Assembly (NCBI GenBank): GCA_963775425.1
Contig: CAVZJB010000016.1
Coordinates: forward strand, 160,001 to 224,000
Reading direction: 5' to 3'
Length of the DNA: 64,000 bases
DNA from: an uncultured delta proteobacterium
GTDB taxonomy: Bacteria; Myxococcota; UBA727; VGSZ01
Shown here: positions 59,095-64,000 of the stretch, one piece after another
Numbering within the stretch: the first letter of the stretch is position 1
How the letters are laid out: each line of letters begins with the position of its first letter
The notes under the pieces: model-generated
Told to the model about the DNA's origin: nothing
Seen by the model: the letters and a program-made list of their open reading frames with translations, nothing else
Databases searched by the model: none
Translations under genes and position numbers: made by a program

Positions 59095-62010
59095 TCAGAA
59101 CGAGTTGCCGACGTTGAATTCGAACGAGTAGGGCTGGTCCCCGGCGGCGAAGCCGAAGGTGCCGGCGGGCCGCGGCGTGAGCGGGAAGCCGAGCTCGAAG
59201 CGCAGCGGGCCGATGGGGGAGAACCAGCGGATGCCGGCGCCCACGGAGTAGAACAGGCCGAGCGGGAGCTGCGTGCGCGGATCCCAGCAGGGGCCACCGG
59301 CGCACGTGGAGGACTTGAGCAGCGGGTTTTCGCCGTTGCCGATGTAGAAGAAGTTCTCGTCGGGGCCGTAGACGTTGCCCGCGTCGAAGAACAGCACGCC
59401 GCGGATGCCGACCTGCTCGAGGATGGGGAACTCGAGCTCGAGGTTTTCGAAGATCTCCTTGTTCCCGCCCGTGAGGAAGTCCGTGAGCGGGCTCGAGGGA
59501 TCGCCGATGGCGCCGACGCGCGCGACGGGCGAGATGGAGCGGAGGAAATAGCCGCGGATGGTGTTGAGACCACCCATATAATAGTTCTCGAAGACGAGAT
59601 TGCTGGTGCTGTTGATGAACCCGACCTCGGTGTTGGTCTTCAGCACGATCCCTTTGACGGGAAGAATATTGTCGAAGTTCCAGTAGGCGCGGGCCGTGAG
59701 CGTGTACCGCTGGAAGTCGTTGGCGTCGCCGTTTCTGTACAAGAAACCGAGGCCGTCCTTCACGCCGGCGCCCTCCAGGCTGTCCTTCACCCACTTCTCG
59801 GCCCCGGGCATGAGCGCCGAGCCCAACAGCGGGCTCGCCAGCTCCACGGAGCCCTGGAGGAACCAGCCCGCCGACGGAAACAGACGGTTGTTGCGCTGGT
59901 CGAAGACGACCGCGCCCTTCACCGAGGTGGTCCAGTGCGGCAGGTGCGTCTGCAGCGCCGCCAGCCGCGCGTTGAAGTTGGTGTCCCCGATGACCACCCG
60001 CTCCATGTTCGCCGAGAGGAAGAGCTGCAGGTTCTCGAAGTTTGGGATGTACGGCAAAAGCGCCGGTGACGCCTCCGACAACATGTCTTTGGTGAGCGGG
60101 GTCAGCGGCTGACCGATGGGATAGCCGATGGTGGCGTCGGCGCCGGTGGAGTCGCGCGCGAAATCGAGGAAGAACTGCGACGTGTTGAACAGCGAAAACG
60201 CCAGCGTCACCGGCTCTTGGTTGATGGTGAAGGCGTAGGGATCGATGTAGCGGAAGTCAAAGATGCGGCGCAGGCCGGACCACTGCACCGAGCCCGACAC
60301 CGTGGTGCCGAGGCCGAGGAAGTTGTTGTAGGCGATCTGCCCGGTGAACAGGATGTTCTCGACGTTGGAGAAGCCGGCGCCGAGCTGGAAGGTGCCGGTG
60401 GACTTCTCCTTCACGTCGAAGACGAGGATCATGCGGTCGGGCTTGCTGCCCTGGCGCGTGGTGACGTTCACCTTCTCGAAGAAGCCGAGCGCGTTCACCC
60501 GCTGCTCGCTGATGCGCAGGGCGCTCGCCGAGTACCACTCGCCCTCGTAGATGCGCAGCTCGCGGCGGATGACGCTGTCCTGCGTCTTGTTGTTGCCGGT
60601 GATCTCGACGCGCTCGACGGTGACGCGCGGGCCGCTCTCGATGTTGAGCGCGAGGTCGACGCTGTCATCCTCCTCGTGCACCACGGTCTCGGGCTGGATG
60701 TTGACGTACGCGTAGCCCTTGTCGCGGTAGCGGTCGGCGATGGCGTTGACGTCGATGGCCACCTGCGTGCGCGAGAAGACGTCGCCGGACTTGACGTGGG
60801 TGCGCGACAACAGGTCCGAGCGCAGGAAGGTGATGCCCTCCTTGGCGGCGGCGGCCTCCTCGGGCTTGTCGATGATGAGGTCGCCCTTCACCGTCAACGA
60901 GCGCAACGTGTAGCTCTTGCCCTCGGTGACCGGGATCTCGACGGCGATGCGCGTCTTGTCCGCGGAGAGCTGCACGCGGGGCTTGCCGACCTTGACGTTG
61001 ATGTAGCCCTTGTCCTGGTAGATCTGCTCGATGGCGAGGAGGTCGGTGTCGAGCTGCTCCTCTTTGTACGTGCCCCACTCGTTGAGCACGCCGAGGGGGT
61101 GGGCCTCGTGGGTGCGCATGTACTGCGTGAGGTCGTCGGCGGGGACGTGCTCGTTGCCAACGAAGGTGAGGGTCTCAATCTTGACCTTCTGGGCCTCCGT
61201 GATCTTGAAGATGACGTCGACGAACTCGCCCTCGCCCTGCTTGTCCGGCCGCGCCGGCGCGGCGTCCTTCTGGTCCCCGGGCTCCGGCGCCGCGGGCTTC
61301 TTGAAGAGGTCGAGGAGGCCCTCCTCCTCGTGGGGCTTGGCGGTGCCGGTGGAGGGGCGAATCTCGTAGCTGACCTCGGCGAGGAAGTAGCCCTTGTCGA
61401 CGTAGAGCTTCTGGATCTTGGAGACGTTGGCGCGCACCTTGGAGATGTCGAGCACCTGGAAGGGCTTGATGTCGACGACGTCGGAGATGTCGTCCTTGGA
61501 GATGTCCTTGTTGCCCTCGAAGATGACCTCGTCGATGGCCGGCTTCTCCTTGAGGTCGAAGACGATGACGATGCTGCCCTTCGGGCCCGGGCGCGAGCGG
61601 ACGACGACGTCGTCGAAGATGTCCATGGCGTAGATGCGCCGGATGTCGGCCTGGATGGTGCGCGCGTCCGGCTTCTTGTCGATGCGCGTCTGCACCTGCA
61701 CGAGGACGGCGTCGGGCTCGATCTTCTTGGCGCCCTGGATGCGCACCTCGCTGATGTAGCCCGGGCGCGGCTTGTCGCTGAGGAGCACCCCGCGCTCCTT
61801 GGCCCGCTCGCGCGCCTTCTCCTCGGCGGGCGTGAGCGGCTCGGGCAGCGGCTCGAGCGCCTCCTTGGGCCGGACGTACTGCTCTTCCTTGGGCTTTTGC
61901 GGCCCCTGCCCCGGCCCCGGCGTCTCACCGCCCGGACCGAACGGGTCCTCGCCTACCTGGGCGAAAGCAGGGGCGCTCAAGACGAGGGCGGCGATGGCGA
62001 GAGCGCGCAC
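59095..62010 (-). CDS. bamA: Outer membrane protein assembly factor BamA
   Basis: POTRA repeats (GNNKTQDSVIRRE, LGFFEKV, VKEKSTG), IRGY, WFSPIGPLRF, terminal Phe. Confidence 0.96.
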   Translation of the reverse strand: MRALAIAALVLSAPAFAQVGEDPFGPGGETPGPGQGPQKPKEEQYVRPKEALEPLPEPLTPAEEKARERAKERGVLLSDKPRPGYISEVRIQGAKKIEPDAVLVQVQTRIDKKPDARTIQADIRRIYAMDIFDDVVVRSRPGPKGSIVIVFDLKEKPAIDEVIFEGNKDISKDDISDVVDIKPFQVLDISKVRANVSKIQKLYVDKGYFLAEVSYEIRPSTGTAKPHEEEGLLDLFKKPAAPEPGDQKDAAPARPDKQGEGEFVDVIFKITEAQKVKIETLTFVGNEHVPADDLTQYMRTHEAHPLGVLNEWGTYKEEQLDTDLLAIEQIYQDKGYINVKVGKPRVQLSADKTRIAVEIPVTEGKSYTLRSLTVKGDLIIDKPEEAAAAKEGITFLRSDLLSRTHVKSGDVFSRTQVAIDVNAIADRYRDKGYAYVNIQPETVVHEEDDSVDLALNIESGPRVTVERVEITGNNKTQDSVIRRELRIYEGEWYSASALRISEQRVNALGFFEKVNVTTRQGSKPDRMILVFDVKEKSTGTFQLGAGFSNVENILFTGQIAYNNFLGLGTTVSGSVQWSGLRRIFDFRYIDPYAFTINQEPVTLAFSLFNTSQFFLDFARDSTGADATIGYPIGQPLTPLTKDMLSEASPALLPYIPNFENLQLFLSANMERVVIGDTNFNARLAALQTHLPHWTTSVKGAVVFDQRNNRLFPSAGWFLQGSVELASPLLGSALMPGAEKWVKDSLEGAGVKDGLGFLYRNGDANDFQRYTLTARAYWNFDNILPVKGIVLKTNTEVGFINSTSNLVFENYYMGGLNTIRGYFLRSISPVARVGAIGDPSSPLTDFLTGGNKEIFENLELEFPILEQVGIRGVLFFDAGNVYGPDENFFYIGNGENPLLKSSTCAGGPCWDPRTQLPLGLFYSVGAGIRWFSPIGPLRFELGFPLTPRPAGTFGFAAGDQPYSFEFNVGNSF

Positions 62011-62057
62011 GACGGATCCGGGTTAGCCGCGCCGGGCGGCGGTGACAACAGGCCCGT

Positions 62058-63596
62058 TCACGTGACCAGCCGACGGGCGAGCATGGTGGCGAGGGACATG
62101 ATGGTGATCTGCGGATTGGTCCCGAGCGTTGTCGGGAAGATCGACCCGTCCATGACGTAGAGGCCGTCGAGCGCGCGACCGTTCTTGTCGACGACGCCTT
62201 CGCCCTCGACGCCCATGCGGCAGGTGCCCTGCGGGTGGGACGCGTAGACCTGAAGCATGTCCCTGGCGCTCTGCACGCGGTCGATGGCGGCGAAGGCGGA
62301 GGCCTCGTCCGAATAGAAGGCGAACGGCGCCGTGGTGGGGGCGACCCGCTTGGCCCCCGCGGCGAACCACGTGCGCACGAGCATCTTCGCCCCTTTCCTG
62401 ATCGCGTCGAAGTCCTCGTCGTGGAGCTTGACGGAGATGTCGGGACGAAACGTCGTCGTCCCCTTCTTGAGGCGCACGCGGCCGCCGCCGCGATCGCGGA
62501 TCATGGCGCCGGCGAGCACGAGCTTTTTGTAGTCGAGGGCGCCCTCGGGGTGGCCCGCGCGCCCGAGCAGGCCGTACAGCTCGACGGGGCCGAGGCCCTG
62601 CGCCTCGAGGGTGATGCGGTCGTCGCCCGGGACGTGGCCGTAGTAGCCCTGCGGCACGCCGTCCCAGAGGTTCACGACGTCGGGCATCTCGCCGAAGACG
62701 CCGAAGCCCGGGTGCAGCGCCAGGTGCTCCCCGAGGTGCTCGTTTTGCACGCCGCTGTTTTCGAGCACGAGCGGTGTGCCGAGGGCGCTGCCGGAGATGA
62801 TGACGAGGTCGGCCTTGACCTTGAGCGTGCCGCGCGGCTCCTCGGTGGCCGGGTCGACGACGACGGCCTCGACGCCGCGCGCGCGACCGCCCTCGATGAT
62901 CACGGCCTGCGCGCGCGCGCGGCACAGGATGCGCGCGCCGAGGTTCACGGCCTCGGGCAGGAGGGACTTGTCGACGCTGGCCTTGGCGCCCGAGGGACAG
63001 CCGAGGTGGCAGACACCGCAGCCGAGGCACGTGGGCGCGTTCCGGGTGATCCACCCGTGCTCGGCGAGCCCGAGGCGCGTGAGGCCGTCGCGCATGACGG
63101 CGTTGTTCCTGCGGCCGATGCCCTCGTGCACCGGAGCGACGCCGAGCCGCCGCCAGATCTCGTCGACGAACGGCGCCATGGCGTCCGGCAACAGGTGCGG
63201 CGCGTCCACGGCCTTGGCCCACTCGTTCAGGCGCTCGACGGGCGGCCGGAAGCAGATGCCCTCGTTCAGCACCGTGGAGCCGCCGACCACGCGGCCCTGC
63301 GGGATGACCATGACGGCGTCGCCCTGCGCGGATTGCGGGCCGTGCGCGGCGTACAGGTGCGCCGTCGACCACGAGAGCTTTTTTCGCTGGAAGTCCGGCT
63401 GGGCGTACGCGCCGCCGGCCTCGAGGAACAGCACCCGCTTGCCCGCCCGCGCGAGCTCCGCGCCCGCGGCGGCGCCGCCGGCGCCGGTGCCGACGACGAC
63501 GACCTCGGTCTCGACGGTGCCGGGCTGCGCGACGGACACGGCGCCGACCTGCGAGACGCTGGGCGCGTTGGGCGCGACGAGGAGCGGCGGGCTCAT
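62058..63596 (-). CDS. GMC family FAD oxidoreductase
   Basis: VVGTGAGG, GRVVGGSTVLN, SHPQGTCRMG, DGSIFPT..GTNPQITI. Confidence 0.92.
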   Translation of the reverse strand: MSPPLLVAPNAPSVSQVGAVSVAQPGTVETEVVVVGTGAGGAAAGAELARAGKRVLFLEAGGAYAQPDFQRKKLSWSTAHLYAAHGPQSAQGDAVMVIPQGRVVGGSTVLNEGICFRPPVERLNEWAKAVDAPHLLPDAMAPFVDEIWRRLGVAPVHEGIGRRNNAVMRDGLTRLGLAEHGWITRNAPTCLGCGVCHLGCPSGAKASVDKSLLPEAVNLGARILCRARAQAVIIEGGRARGVEAVVVDPATEEPRGTLKVKADLVIISGSALGTPLVLENSGVQNEHLGEHLALHPGFGVFGEMPDVVNLWDGVPQGYYGHVPGDDRITLEAQGLGPVELYGLLGRAGHPEGALDYKKLVLAGAMIRDRGGGRVRLKKGTTTFRPDISVKLHDEDFDAIRKGAKMLVRTWFAAGAKRVAPTTAPFAFYSDEASAFAAIDRVQSARDMLQVYASHPQGTCRMGVEGEGVVDKNGRALDGLYVMDGSIFPTTLGTNPQITIMSLATMLARRLVT

Positions 63597-64000
63597 GTCG
63601 GGCTCCCGAGCACGCAGCCCTCGGTGTGGCCGACCGCCGCGAGCGCTCTTTCGTCCTCGAAGAACGGCATGCCGACGAGGGTGCGCAACAGCGACGCGAT
63701 CAAGCGGCGCTCGAGCCGCGGGCTGCCTTCGAACGCGGCGAGCTCGCGGACGCGCTCGTCGACGGGGAGCGCCGAGAACGTCGACGTCGACGACAAAGAC
63801 ACGCGCGGCCACTGATCGAACGCCGTCAACAGCGCGCGCAACAGCCGGCGGTCCTCGGGCAAGAGCGACGCGACGTAGCGATCGGCGCCGTCGACGACGT
63901 CGACGTCGGCGGCGGAGACGCCGAGCACGTTTCCCGGCGGGAAGTGCGCCTCGGCGAGCGCTTGCACGACGCCGGCCTCGCGCGCCGAGAGCGCGACGCG
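63593..64000 (-). CDS. Gluconate 2-dehydrogenase subunit 3-like accessory protein, 5' end outside window
   Basis: ADVDVVDGADRY..FSALPVDER..VGH pattern; ATGA overlap with GMC gene. Confidence 0.6.
   Translation of the reverse strand, partial: RVALSAREAGVVQALAEAHFPPGNVLGVSAADVDVVDGADRYVASLLPEDRRLLRALLTAFDQWPRVSLSSTSTFSALPVDERVRELAAFEGSPRLERRLIASLLRTLVGMPFFEDERALAAVGHTEGCVLGSPT

Noticed and set aside
62995-63030. CGVCH (CxxCH) in the GMC oxidoreductase
   Set aside because: Part of the CxxCGxCxxGC Cys cluster common in this GMC subgroup; no export signal, so unlikely to bind heme c

Overview
A very GC-rich bacterial chromosomal segment. Gene content points to a Myxococcota/deltaproteobacterium-like organism (inference): CglD-like lipoprotein, MYXO-CTERM-type tail, PEGA, zinc-ribbon/GYF_2, Ig-like repeat plus VWA lipoprotein, Hanks kinases. 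It carries about 55 CDSs, including ftsY, dksA, speA, speB, scpA-scpB-rluB, lepA-lepB, era, leuS and bamA, plus tRNA-Cys(GCA) and tRNA-Met(CAT). I saw no integrase, transposase, phage gene or CRISPR array. Main observations: (1) a 28-bp dif-like XerCD site at 45156-45183 where KOPS-like octamers and gene orientation switch polarity, so this is probably the replication terminus; (2) speA has a strong RBS and ATG followed by an in-frame TGA at codon 5, suggesting readthrough or uORF control of polyamine synthesis, or an error; (3) many genes have a TANNNT hexamer 6-8 nt upstream of the start codon, a leaderless-mRNA signature; (4) a temptin-like protein with a CxxCH motif and a sorting tail; (5) an apparently circularly permuted SpoIVB-type peptidase paired with a beta-propeller; (6) several enzyme homologues lacking catalytic or metal ligands; (7) a frameshifted DTW gene; (8) a duplicated tRNA-Met 3' end. 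All calls come from reading motifs by eye. No database search was run, and many start codons were re-chosen from the ORF track.
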